Assembly: GCA_039621445.1 (NCBI GenBank)
Contig: CP154954.1
Coordinates: forward strand, 32,016,012 to 32,080,011
DNA from: Euglena gracilis
Lineage: Eukaryota
Reading direction: 5' to 3'
DNA length: 64,000 nucleotides
Part shown: positions 50,042-63,530 of the stretch, piece by piece
Position numbering within the stretch: the first letter of the stretch is position 1
How the letters are laid out: each line of letters opens with the position of its first letter
Position numbers and translations under genes: made by a program
Notes under the pieces: model-generated
Databases searched by the model: none
The model's input: only the letters and a program-made list of their open reading frames with translations
What the model was told of the DNA's origin: nothing

Positions 50042-53000
50042 TCAGGCCATCATACGGTGCGCTTTTAACTGGAAGAAGCGGGCGGAATGTTCATGTGTCG
50101 CTGAAGGTTTTTCTACTTCCTCTGCCTGTGGGTCGAAATGAAAGCAGCTTGCGACGACGCCAGCAGCAGCATTCCCATTGAAGATACAAATACTGACCAC
50201 TTCCGCTTAGCCTCTGGGTGAGGGGGGGACTTTTTCCAGGCCTAAACCCGCCCACTTTTTTTCGAAAACGGACCCATGCACGGTCTCCCCCTGGAGGGGG
50301 CGCCCACCCACCCACCCAACCACCCAAAGCTCACCCAAACTTGGCTGAAAACACTCGAAAAAACGTTTTTTCCAGCCCAAGCTTCACACAGGTGGGACTG
50401 ACCCATGGCCAAGGTTCTTTTTACCTACCGTGGGGGGGGGAGGGAGTGCCTCGTGATATGGGGTGCCTGCCCATAGCAGGAACATCCCTCCCCCCCGAGG
50501 AGAGTCAGTTTTTCAGCCCCGGCACCTGCCAACCAAGCCAATTTTCGGTGGGTGTGCTAAAGCACGACCCACGCCCAAAACGCGACCTCCCCAGGGGGTC
50601 GATGCCCGAACCTCCTGCCTGCCCTTGTCACTCCCTGGGGGAGCAAACTTACCAAAAAAAAAGAAGCCTGCCCATGGAGCACACCGCCCCAACGACCTTC
50701 CCACCCACCCATTCGTGAAATCCCCCCAGAGGGGTCACGCAGGTGTTAAGTGAATATGGCCACGGATCACAAGGAATTCGCCGCTGACCAGTTTGGTCTT
50801 CGTCATCAGCTATTTCCGTCTCCATCCGGAATGGCAACCTTGCGACAAAACTTGATTCTGGATGGTCCAGGAAAAGATACCGATCAAAGAGAAAAACATG
50901 CTTGCGGTGTGCCTTGAACTCGAGAGGCAGCTGCACCACGGTGTCCTGCTGTCACAGCAGGGGTCAGCGCAGGGCAACCACCTCTCATGGTCTCACAGGC
51001 AGAGGAGGGACAGCGCATCGCCACCCGTGGCCCACTAAGCAGTTGCTGGGCTCGTTACTAGCACATGGGGCTCATTAATGCAAACCATGGGAACGGGCGC
51101 TTTAAAAAATCCCACGTTATGTGCGGCGGACCAACCGGGGGGACAGAGTCTCAACCAGGCAGAATTCCCTTCTGAATAACTTTTGGGCCCCGGAGCATCG
51201 GAGACACCGAGGGTGCGCCCTCGCAGCACCTCTCTGGCAACGCCCTCCCTGGGTCTGCAAAACCATAAAGGGGTGTACACTGCCAGCTGCCCCCCAGGCA
51301 TTATTATTTTTAAGGCGCCTTAAAAAAACCTTAAAAAACCTTAAAAAAATCACCCCGGGGAAGTTTTTCTTCCCTGTGATGGCCTTAAAAAACCTTAAAA
51401 TTATCCCTGAGAAAAATTTTTCTTGCACCAAACAAATAATGGTATGTCTGAAACCCCGCATTAAGCCAGTCAATACAGAAGCGGTTGTGAACAAACAAAA
51501 CTGGATTGGTTGCCAAGGTTTCTGGCATAGTTCGGTTGGCCTCGGTTCACCAAAGGCTGTGACACACGGCCAGAAAAAGCAAAACTTGTAACCACGTCTT
51601 TCTTGATTTGAATTACTTGAGACATTCTTAGAGGAGTCAACCCAAATTGCTCAAAAGTGCAATTGCAGCAAAAGTTGCATGAACCACAAAAAATGCCGAT
51701 TGGGACAATTTACTACGCTGGAGCAGTTTCCCACACTTGCCACAGCATTTCAAGAAGCAAAACAGCGCGTTCTCCAATTGAGCGGTGATTCCGCGAATTT
51801 TTCCCACTTTCTTGCCCAAGCACACTAAAGTTTTGATCCCCGCACTTATGTGCAGCAGTTGGAAGAAATTTCTCGTTTGGAGCAGAAATCTTGCCATGTG
51901 GAGAAATTCCTGCTGAATTTGCAAGCTTTCACACCTGGAATCTCGAATAGAATGGAATCGCAAATAGGATTGAGAATTTGCAACAACAGTGACAAAATGA
52001 CACAGTGGATATCCGAACCGCAATCGCGGATTTGCAGACCCGCAATGCGGCAACCCGTGCAACCACACCGGATAGCCTCATGAACACCGAGAAAATAATC
52101 AAACTTTTTCATGTGAGCAATACCAAACGCGTGCCCATGCAGTGTGCCGCCATACACGTTGCTCAACACCTTGTTGCATGGGATACAGAGTGGGTCACCT
52201 CGAAACTCGAAACTGGAAACCATCCATTTTTTTTCATTGCAATTACTTTAAATTTCTGACCCTATTCAGGACATTTGCTTGCCTGTTGACAACAACTGTC
52301 CCTCATGGACCGCCCCTGATCCCCATAATTCGCCCGAGGCTTCTTCCTTGGGCGTTCTGAAACCACAGAGGAGCCTGAAGCCATCGGACCATCTTCGGGA
52401 TCTGACATTTTAGCTGAGGAAAAAAATGCCTTAAAAAACCTTAAAATTTTTTTAAAATCCTCAAAAAACCTTAAAAAACCTTAAAAAACCTTAAAAAAAG
52501 CCTTACAAAAATTTGAGAAATTTCGCCTTAAAAAAATAATGCCTGCTCCCCCCCCCATGTTCGGAAGACGAACGTTGGGCCAGAGAACAGCGAAGGTGCA
52601 ACAAAGCCCCAAAACAATTGGAGGATTTCAAGCAGTTCTAAAGTGATTCCATCGAGTCGACTTTGCCAAGCTTCTTTCTGACCCCACCCCCTAGTCCTTG
52701 ACCCAACAAAATACGGGGAAAATGCAGTTGACACGGGGGGCACAGTGCCAAGTACAAGGGGGTATACAATAAACAGAAGAAAAATTGTCGACTTTGGTCA
52801 AACCTAAAACCATGATTAAGACCAATGGTGTGGGTATTCTGTTGCCAAAATATGTTTATTTTTTCGCATATTCCAGCAATGCTCTCCGGCCATTGGCCTT
52901 GGCGTTGAGCTTCTTCAACCCCCACCCAAAAACATTAAGCTCACATTTTCAAAACGCCCCTGAAAAGGCGTCAGCAAAAACAAGGATAGCAAAAAAAAAA

Positions 53001-56000
53001 CACAGGTTGTGTAAACCAATGACCAGTAAAACCATCCTCTTTGAGCAATTTCATCTCGTTGGAAAAAAATTTTGGTGCTGTTGTTGGGATTTGTTGGGAT
53101 TTGTTGGGATTTGTCGCTGGAGGTTATTGACCAGCACCACCCCACCACCGACCCAGGCAGCGAGCCGCAGGGTTGGGCACGAACGGCGGAGAGCAGCGCA
53201 GGGGAGGGAGGCTGGCGATGACAGCGGCGAGGTGGGGTGAAGTCCCTCCCTCCCGGTCCAACGCCGCGCAGGGGCACGCACAAAGTCGCCGTCGCCCGTG
53301 GCCCGCTTCGCACACAGATGGAAAAGCAACCCTAGGTTGATGTAGCAGTGGGTGAAATGACGCCTGCCTTCAAATGAAACCCTGACCACTATAAACACTC
53401 CAAGCGCCAAAACCTGAGGTGCATGACAAGTTCCATTGCATTCCAGGCATTCCAGGGGTTCCATCGGTTGGAGGAGGGTGCTCTGACCTCTTTGACCCAG
53501 AACTGGGACATGGCCGTGCTCCCGAGTACCGGGGTCAGGCTAATGTAATGGCGAGAGTGGCTCCGGGGGAGGGGGGCTTCCAACCGGAACCAACATTTTC
53601 TGTACCATCCTCATCAAACGGCATGAAATAAGAGTCTCGAAACCTCGCTGTTGGTCACAAAATTATGAAGCCACCAGCTGAACACAAAGCCCAAATCGAG
53701 AAAGAGTCCTATTTGGGTTGGATCTGACAGAGATCCGGGGCTGTCACAAAAGCTACTTCTACGCAGAGCTCAGTCTTTTTTAAAAATCTAAATTAAAAAA
53801 AACTAAAAAAAGGGGGGGGGAAGGCAGAAAACGAGATGCTTGGAGGCAGTGCCCCAAAAAGACAAATTTCCCCATGCAACCTCCCGAAAATTTCTTCAAT
53901 TTTTTCTTCAAAAAATGGCAGAGAAAAACTTTCTTTTCACTATGCAAAAAAAATTATGCAAAAAATGCAAGTTTTCAATTCTTCTCCCCTCGCTTCCAAA
54001 AGTGCAAATGTGGAAGCTTGCATCCATCTTAAGCGGCCGGGTTCGGTCTGAAGAAGGGTTTCTTCTTTAGAATGGCAAATTTTCTATTTTTACGAAATCC
54101 CTGGGACCCTGAACCCTGACACATGGAAAAAAAATTATGAACTGTTGCAACCCTGTATTGAAGGGGTGTAACTCCAGGTTGTCTTGCATGCATGCTGCTT
54201 ACCGAGTGAGGCGAGGAGGGCCGAGGGTGAGACTGGTGCTCTTGTATGCCAAACTGGTGGGAAGTACACACCCGCCGTTATTACAATTGGTACTGGTGCT
54301 GACGCGGTGCCTCAACTGGCCAGGGCACAAGTAGCAATATTACATCACACACTACATACTGCGTTGGCCAGCCGTCATGCAACTGATGGCGCGCACAAAC
54401 AAATTTTGTTTGTGGGCGCATTTGCGCGAGCACAACGCCAAACGTTGAAATTAAAATGGCATGTCCTTGCGCGCTGAAGCGCCCACAAACAAATTTTGCT
54501 TGTGTGCGCAAATGCGTGCACCAACCACTTGGGAAACTGATATGCGGATGGTCTGTGCATTGGCGCAGACACACAACATGTTCATGCTAAAGGACACTGA
54601 GGATCACCACAACGAGGTTTTTGAACGTGATACGCGTTGGTGTGCTCATTTGCGCGTACGAACAAAGCGCGCAAATGCGCCTACTAACATTTAATCATTT
54701 ACTTCAAAACGATGCATCTGTGCGAGCCTAAGCGCACACAAACAAAATTTCTTTGTGCGCGCAAATGTGTGCACGAACACATATTAGTTGTGCGATACCA
54801 TCTCCTCGTCTGTGACGGCTGGTGAACGCAGTTGCGTGCGCCCACCATTGGTTGTGCGCCGCGATGGCGTGGCGATGAAATTTCTGGTGAGAGATAGTGC
54901 ACAATACGTACAGAGGTACTGCGTAATGCACATAGAACGCGGTATCTGACAGGCGAACATTTGCTGCATCGGTTGGGCAGTTAAGCGTAATGAATTGATG
55001 ACGTGCAAACGACCTGTGACTGTTGGACGCTTTTTCTGCAACAGTGCTGCGTTACAAGATTTCAACATTTGGGACGTGAAATACCCGGGATGCATCAGGC
55101 CGGAATCTGTTTTCTGGTATTCTCCACTGTGTTTCCCTGGGAAAACATGCAACGCACCAGTTTTTGCACATATTTGTGGGGGATAAGTCCCACCACTTTC
55201 ATGCAACCAATCGAGTGGTAAAGGTTCAACACATCCTACGTCCAAAATAACCGGCTTTCAAGAACTGGCTTTCTCTCCGGCTGCCGGTTGCCATGAGCTC
55301 GCACCACATCGTCCCGCCAGTCTCATGCCCCTGTTGCGGGGAATACCGCGGTCGCTTCGGTGGGTGCTGTTGCACCGGGGAGGTCGGTGCCAGCCTGCCA
55401 GCCAGCCAGCCAGCCAGCCTGGCGGGTGCTGAAGCATCAGCAGGTGATGTAACTGCAGCAGCGGAGCCCAAGCAGCCGGCCAGCGGCAGGGCCTTTGGGA
55501 TCCTAAAATCGGTGCCGGCGGACGTCCACAGTTATCGGGTGGTTGCGCACCCACCTTCAGGAGATACGCTGCTCTATTTTTCGTGGGACCTGTCACTAGA
55601 CCAGAATTGGCCCCATAATACCAAGCGTTGGAGGAGACGGTGTGGCCGTTGGGGTTGAACCCCTTCAGAAGCTTGTGAACGGTGTTTGTTGCAGGGCCAA
55701 ATGATTTCGTCGTTTTATTCCTCCATTGGTGGTTCAATTACGCTAAAACACGTCACGTTGTTTATGGCGCTAAGGCGCAAATGAACCGTTTTGAAATTCT
55801 GGAATTTCTGTAGGCAGTTGATTTGCGCCTTGGAGCCCATGAACAACTTGATGCACACTTTAGCGCACATGAACCACGAGCGATTTGCCGGCGTTTGACG
55901 GTTGTGTATTTTGTACGTTCATGGACTAATCAGAATTCATGAACATAATTTGTTTGTGCGCGCATTTGCGCCCATAAACACATTTTTGTCTGTGCGAGCT

Positions 56001-57788
56001 TCAGCGCCTGCGAACCGACGCCGTCGAAAAACGTTGTGACAAAAATCCAAATTATGTTTCTGGACAGCCCGCTGGTCCACGCCATCACGGTCCCTTTGTC
56101 GCGCTGTTTATCGACGGTGTCAGTTCATGGACGCTAAAGCCCAACCCTTGAAGAACAAAACTGTGTTTATGGGCGCAAATGCGCGCACTTACAAAATTAT
56201 GTTTGTGCCCCCATGAAAACAATTTTGTCCTTCAAGGGTTGGGCTTCTTCTTCCGGTTCTGTGCAACAAAACTGGTTGTGCGGATCCCGGTCATAAATTG
56301 GGTGGAAGACACCCATCCCTTTCATTCCTGTGGACCCTCTTGCTTCCCCCTTTGCATCATTTGCCAAACACCACACGCTTACCTTCCTTTCCCTACGCCC
56401 TGCCCACCGGCTTGGCCACACCACACCCACACACCCCGGCACTTCCTGCGCGCGCTTTTGCCAAACAAACAACATACACCACAATGACGCGGCACAAGCG
56501 AAACAGTCTGGCAAACACTCACGACACACACCGCCGGCAGTTTGAGGACACCCGGCGTTCCTGTGCCTGTTTCTTTTTTTTCGGGGGTTTCGACAGAGCC
56601 CATTTCCGGACCCCACAAAAAACACCATTTTTCGCCAAAGTCCCAGGGGTCACACCGCCAAAAGCACAGTTTTGCTCATTTGTTGACTCTCTTGTCACCG
56701 TGTTTTCAAACCCCCCTGGATCCACACAACCCAAATGAAAAATTTCATTAATTTGTGCACATGCACAAACCAACACGAAAAGCTGAAAAGCAAAAAAAGC
56801 TTAAATGCGAATCCGGCCGCTTCCTGTCCCGCTTCCCGCCAAATGTGGAAGCGTCCTCTCACTCTTACCGTCCATTCTGTCTCACTCAAGCTTTCACCAC
56901 CAGAAAAAAATACTTGCCAACCCCATTCCCCACCACTACCTTGGGCCTGCCCGCTCAATCTCATTCCATTTTATCCTCCGAATCCACAGTCAATTCTGTG
57001 AAATTATGGACCACCAACCACCACGTCCTTCCCTGCACCACATTGCCACCACCTTTGCACACACACCTTTGCCCCACACACCTTTGCCCCACACACCGTT
57101 TTTTGTCAGCTTTATGAATGGTGTTTAGATATCCAGTCCCCCAAAAAACCCAAAACGATCAAAGATGAGACTTGAAAAAACCCCTCCACCAAAATACCAG
57201 CCGACCAGAGGGTCGCTTAGCAATTCCCGTGGGTCCAACTCAGAGCCTGGAAAGTTTGGACTGGCTGGGTGCTGGGTGTTGGCGGACCCCCTCCATGGGG
57301 TCCCCCGGCTGGAACTGGGCCGAATGGGGGGGGGGGAACGGTGCCAAAACATTTGAAGCCACAAAAATGCGTCTATCTCGTAAAATTCTTCGAAAACTAA
57401 AAAGAAACCGTTCCCGCCAGCCGCCCGAAGAGAAATAATACCTGTCGATGGGAGGGTGGAGGGTCCAAGGCTAATTTCCAGCCGGCTGGCTGGAGCGCCC
57501 CTCCCCCCAGAAGATGGGGTCAGGGTGTCAAACATTCTTAAACAACGCCCTGAGGGCGAACAAATAGGGAATACCTATCGGGTGGAACACGAGGTGTCGG
57601 CATATCCGTTACTCCTCCGGGAAGGATGAGGTAAAAAAAAAATTCGGAATATAAAAAGCTGCGGGGGTCGTCTAAGCTGGTGGGCATCACGTGGGGAGGG
57701 GAAGGTACGCTGGTCATGCGCCGGCATTTGGCTTGTGAGTGCGATGTGGATCCAATGGTCCATGGAGCACCAGAGGGTCATGGGGCAG
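50042..57788 (-). CDS. 3' part of an intron-rich gene of unknown function (7 exons)
   Basis: Exons 57788-57709, 57614-57575, 54253-54203, 53599-53488, 53305-53282, 50945-50789 and 50121-50042 are AG/GT bounded. All six junctions are phase-compatible and give one open frame ending ...HVFLFDRYLFLDHP...FFQLKAHRMMA*. Confidence 0.6.
51295..52545. mobile_element. hAT-like non-autonomous element with internal coding-like cargo
   Basis: TIRs CAGGCATTATTATTTTTAAGGCG / CGCCTTAAAAAAATAATGCCTG. The flanks CTGCCCCC and CTCCCCCC match at 7 of 8 bases, and there are AAAAACCTTA subterminal repeats. Confidence 0.75.
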
Positions 57789-60700
57789 CTACGCTCAAAA
57801 AGAAACCCAACTTTCAAACGCCCCTTTCTGGATCAATCATTCGGGCTGGGACCTGAAACAGGGGAAATCTTGCGTACCACGTGGTGGGAGGGGTCCGGCC
57901 CAGACGGTATTTTTTAGGGCGGTTTAAAACCCTTAAAACCCTTAAAATTTTAAAGCATTTTAAAAAAAAATGCTTTAAATTTTCGGGCCAAAATGCTGTG
58001 AAACCCGTTCAAAAAAACCCCTGAAGTAATTCTTCTTGCGAAGTTTTTGAAATTCGAGTCGAAAATGTAGTCGCTGAATCTCGGCAAAAACAAGCCAATT
58101 CCGGGGGGAAAATGATTTCTGGCATCACTGGAACATTATCTATCCACCCAAACTCGAAAAAAAAAACGGAGACTTCTTTGATTTTGGACCCCGTTCGATG
58201 GTGGGATGACCCTTGGACTTCCCTTGAAAAACGACGCCGTTAAAAGGTTAAAAAAGCAGTTTGAAAATTCTGAAAAATTACATCTAAAAAATAATACCCC
58301 CTGGTCCAGCCAGCCGGCTGGAAAATGGTGTTGTTTGGACCCTGAGGGTTGGGGGTTTGGGGGGGGGGGAGTACGGCCGACTGCCAGTTGGACCAGGTTG
58401 GTCCCCCCCCCCCCCGGGCGCTTGGCCGGGCCATGACTGAAGGTAGGGCCAGGGGGCCAACCTTATGGGGGCCAAGTTTTGCATGTCAAGAATTTTGGCA
58501 GCCATGTACAATAAGGCCGAAGGCCAACTTTAGGGGGGGGGGGGGGCAAGTTTGCATAAAACGGGGGCCAAGCGCCTGCGGGGGGGGGGTAATTTACAAA
58601 TCCCCCAAGTACTCAAATACTCATTTCTGGTTATTTTTGACACCTCTTTCAAAATTTTCGGCCCAGCCTTGTGCTGAGCTTCAAATTTTATTTCAGCGGA
58701 TTCTGGGGGGGGCCTCCGCAGTCAGGCTGGGAGCTGAAGGCTGGCTGGGAAAAAAAAGGAGCTGGCTGGATGGACGCCCTTGGGTGTAGGGTCCCCACAG
58801 AGAAAGGAGTTTTTGAGACAGCTGACTTGCACAAAATTTTGAGGATGATGATTCTGAATATGAGCTGGAAATAATTGGGAGGAGACAATCATCAGAGGGA
58901 GGGAAGATTGCAACAGTACGCACTGTATTAATTATACGCACTGGATTTTTCATGCATGTGGGAATTTGTAAAAAGAGATGACAAAGAAATGTGGCGGACA
59001 AATTTTTCTAGACCTTGGAATTTGTGGAGAGTTTGTTGTGAAATATTTTTCAAAAATATTTCTTTGAAAGGACAAATTACCTCCCACCCGTATCAATTAC
59101 CCCCCCCTGTGAAAAAACTGTGGAAATGGGGAGGCTACTTTGGAGTATCATGTAGGTGGCGTTAAGGTTAGGATTTTCACACGGACCTGACATTCTCAAG
59201 ATTTAGGCTCAAATCCAAAAAATTCATTTCATGCCGTGCACCCAGCATGTTGGGGGAGGCTGTCGATATCGCTGTGGTTGCAGACCTCTTGTGCATTCCC
59301 GCAATTTTCTTGCATTCTGTCCTTTTTGAGTGGCACACTTCAACCCACCGCTGTCCTTGGCCTCGGAACTCCAGATCAAGTAGTGCAACCCCTGGGGTGT
59401 TTGGGGGTGTTTTTACCAACCCTGGGGGTGCCTTGTGCTATGGGAGGCCTGACCATAGCGGGCACCCCCCCTGCCTGCCCATAACACCCACCCCCCGGGG
59501 GAGGGTGCGCACTTCCTTAAAAAGGAACCAGCACAAATTAAAGCTCGGCCGTGATGGGGATGCCCAATAAAACTTAGAAAAATGAATAACATAACGATTC
59601 CGGTGCTTTTCCCCCCAAAGTTTGCTCCAAAATTCATTTAACACCATTGTGATTTCCCTGCCCAAAAAATAGGTGGATGGCAATCAATCAGAAAGAAGGC
59701 AGGCGAATTGTGCCTCCTCCAGGACGGTACGGGAAGGCCTGGCGGGGTCAACTCCCCACCCAGGAAGTGGACAATGGCCAGACCACCCCTTGGCACCGCG
59801 CAAACTAAAATTCCTTCTGCACTGAAGGGGCGGAAGGAAAAGCTTCACCTAAAAAACCGCCACAGGAAAAAGAAGAAAGAGTGGGGATCGGACCCCCACC
59901 CACAAAATAAAAAAAAAAAAAACGAGAAAAATATTTTGCCCGAAATACAATAACAATAATACAGGCAATTTTTGAGTCTCCCGGACCCAGAAAAACGGTT
60001 TTTGAGCCAAAATGAAGAAAATGAACGTTTTTCGACCCCCCCCCCCCGGCCCTATGTTTTTGGCCCGAAACCCATGCACTTTGGGTCACTTCCGGAAGTT
60101 CACTTCAGGGTCATTGCCGGAAGGATGGGGGCACCGCCACCCAATGCACTTCCTGGGATTAACGTTTGGCCCATGGGATCCCTGATCAAGCAATTTGGCG
60201 GTCCTACCACTGGGTTTGTGGATAGTGCAAACGTCCAAATCAGACTCACGTATCAGATGGAGAAGGAAGTTTGTTGGCAAGGCCATTCACAAAGCGGCTC
60301 TCAGGGATAAGTGGAGTCGCAGGGGACGGAAGAACAATTCGTCGACTGGCCACACCCTACAACCGTTGAACCATTGTCGGGGGTTGGACGTCTTCTGACG
60401 TGCTACATCCGGCAAAAGATCATGTATGAGTCATCAATCCATTCATCCATTGGTCTGAAATAAAGCAACTTCTTCAGAAATTTTCCAAAGTGGAACCAAA
60501 AGACATATTGTGCGCTAATGATGACAGCATCCTGCACAAACTGCCTTGCACGTTTCTTTTGGGGTGTCGTGGGACCTGACAGATGCACAAACAAACATTA
60601 TTATTTAAGGCGTTTGAAAATTCCCATGAATGAAAAAATGAGAGTATTAGGTTAAGAAATTTCCTATAAAGAGTGTTTTTGGACTAAGGGAACCACAGGC

Positions 60701-61522
60701 ATTAACAAACCAGAAGGAACATGCAATGGCACAGGCAAGGGACGAAGACGCTTTACACTCGACCTTTGCGCAGGGGGGGTATTGCAAAAAAATATAAGAA
60801 AAAAACAGCAAAGATGAGAGCAGCAGAGGTGGGTTCTTCCTTGGCATACCTCCCCTTGGCGCTTGGCCCGGGCTATGATTGAAGGCAAGGCAAGGGGGTC
60901 AAGCTTATGGGGGCCAAATTTGCATGTGAAGAATTTCGGCAAGACAAATGCAACATAGGCCAAAAACCTTCAAAAATGGGGGGCCAGGATTGCAAGTTAA
61001 GACCGAAGGCCAACTGTAGGCCAGGTTTGAATGAAAGGAGGAGGGGGGCCAAGCGCCCGGCGGGGGCAAAACACACCTGAGGGGGTACAAGTGCCAATGG
61101 GAAAAACTAGATTTGGATTTTCAGCTATTGCTGTTATTCCTGAAGTTCACAAGGAGGTGCCACAGTCTGCACCTCCTTACAGACAGAGGTGCTTTGCAGC
61201 AAAGCCTCAGAGTTTGTCAGCAAAACATACATTTAAGCCTGTTCTTCACTGTGAATGACTGCATTGTCTTTTGTCAGACCTAGGGGTCGTTGAGAATCCA
61301 CGACGTGGGTAATGCATTTGCAATTTGTTAAATTGAATTATAATCATTCTGGAACAACTTCCGCCATGTTACTGTCTTCGGGGGTAATGAGTCAAATGGG
61401 CAGGTTTGCATCATACAACCCTGTGAGTGTGCCAGCAGAACAGGAAGCCTGGGGGTGGAGGGGAAATATTGCTGAGAGGAGAGAAATATTACACAACGTG
61501 CTTGACCTGCTTTCTCCGGCAG

Positions 61523-62647
61523 CAAGCACCTATGACAGATTCCAAATTTTAGCCCGCGGTCGGCTGCAGTCGGCCGCGGTCGGCTGCGGTTGGCTGCGGT
61601 CGGCTGCGGTCGGCTGCGGTCGGCAAAATAGTTGGCTGTAGGTGGGGGGCAGGCCAACAAAAAATGAGCATATATCACAATCACACAATCCACAGTTGCC
61701 GAATTTTGGCCACTTTTCGCTGCTTTTGGCCAGTTTTTGATGCTTTTGAACTGCTTTTGGCCAATGTTGCCTAATTTTGGTCGATTTTTGCTGCCTTTGC
61801 CCATTATTTCCTGCCTTTTGCTTTCTTTTGGTCACTTTTGTTGCTTTTGCCCACTTTTTGCTGTGTTTTGGCTGCTTTTGGCCAGCTTTTGCTATGCTTT
61901 GACCTCTTTTGACCACTTTTGGCCTCTTTAACCCACTTTTGACCACTTTTCTCTGCTTTTGGCCATTTTTACCCACTTCTGGCCACTTTCAGGCCACTTT
62001 AAACGTCTCTTTGTTGCTTTTGACATCAAGAGCAGTCAAACGTGACCTAAAAATGGCCTAAAAGTGGCAAAACATGGTTAAAATGGCCAAAAGTTCCGAA
62101 AGCAGGCAAAAACAACAAAAAAAATTCCAAATATGGCCCAAAATGACCCTGCTTTTGGCCGATTTGGGTCACTTTAGCAGCTTTTGTTCACTTTTGGCAA
62201 CAAACTGGCGCAAAATGCTCAAAATGGTCAAATTGGACCAAAAAGAGACCAAAAAATGGGCAAAAATAACAAAAGAAAAGGTCGAAAGTGGCTTTAAATG
62301 GTCAAAAATGGCCCTAAATGGCCCAAAATGGCCCAAGAGCAGGACAAAATGGCCCAAAATTACAAGAAGTGGTCAAAAAGTGGCCAAAAATGGTCAAAAT
62401 AGGTCAAAATGGGTGAATTGTGGTGGCAAATGGGCCAAAAGGGGACAAAAGCGACCAAAAATGGCCAAAAATGGCCAAAAGTGGCCAAAAGTGGCAACAT
62501 GAGCCAGATGAGCCAGAAAAATCTCAACATCTGGGATAAAAATGAGCCTAATTTTTCGTTCTCACTGAAAAATTGACATCAATTAGAAAAAATTTGCGCG
62601 GTCGGCTGCGGTCGGCTGCGGTCGGCTGCGGTCGGCATAGGTGCCTG
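61523..62647. mobile_element. hAT-like non-autonomous element
   Basis: TIRs CAAGCACCTATG / CATAGGTGCCTG, perfect 8-bp TSD TCCGGCAG, subterminal GTCGGCTGCG decamer arrays. Confidence 0.9.
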
Positions 62648-63224
62648 TCCGGCAGATACAATTATCACAGGCCTCATTCAAGCTCCTGAGGACTTCGAAT
62701 GCTTCAGTCAAACAAAGCCATGCCCATTTTAAACAATAATGCAATAGCTCAAAAGAAGAGGTGGATATTTCATCTGTTGACTCTGATCACCAGGCACTTT
62801 GAAAAAAAAAGGGCCTGGTCGTTGCATCGAGGAGGTTGGTATAGGGTGGATGCCACTGACAAAAACAACAATGCCATTTGGGATCGTGTGCTGATTTAGC
62901 ACTAAAAAAAACCCACCGTACCACTCCAGTTAAATCATAAAGAGATATGAGCAATTAGTAGATAAATACTTTTTATTTTTATATATATATTTTTGTATCC
63001 TACCAGTGAAAAAATTAAAACAACAAGCATTGTGCCGCATAAGATTTCAGGGATGCAACATGTGGCTATTCACAGAATTTAACGTTGTATTGGGGGAAAC
63101 AACACATTTTTTAAGTAATCTCTGTGAATTTGTGTGAATTTATGGTCAAACCAGAGTGAGCTCCCCCCCCCACTCACAAAAAAGCAGCAACGGCAACAGA
63201 CGCAGCACACTCCAAATGAACGCC

Positions 63225-63530
63225 GACCGCGGCAGAGCTGGAGCGTGGCGCAGCTGGGATTATCATTAGGCAGGAACCGTTGCTGTGAGGTGCTTATGGG
63301 GGGGGGGTGGAGGGAGAAGGTGATCAATGTGGTGAGATGGGCCAGCTGAAGTGACTCGTGTCGGCGGATGGAGTAGAGCGTCTTCGGAGCCATACGGAGC
63401 AGTTGGATGGGGGCATCGGTCAGGGAGGAGGGGAGCGTGGTGTGGTCCCAAGGTCCCAAACCAATGCCCCCCACCCCTGTGGAGGACAGCAGGGGCGCCA
63501 GCAGCAGCGTCTGCGCAGCCCCCCGCCTGC
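63225..63530 (-). CDS. Possible upstream exons of the same orphan gene
   Basis: GC-rich, exon-like segments with AG/GT boundaries; frame not resolved. Confidence 0.25.

Noticed and set aside
50789-50945. HVFLFDR resemblance to ATG11 or PH-domain motifs
   Set aside because: Only a short motif matches, and it lies near the predicted C-terminus, which does not fit ATG11.
60090-60590. Coding-like segment
   Set aside because: No recognisable motif in any frame, and neither strand nor splice phase could be fixed.
61700-62500. Lys/Trp-rich ORFs (KWPK repeats)
   Set aside because: Translations of degenerate AAAATGGCC repeats inside a non-autonomous TIR element.
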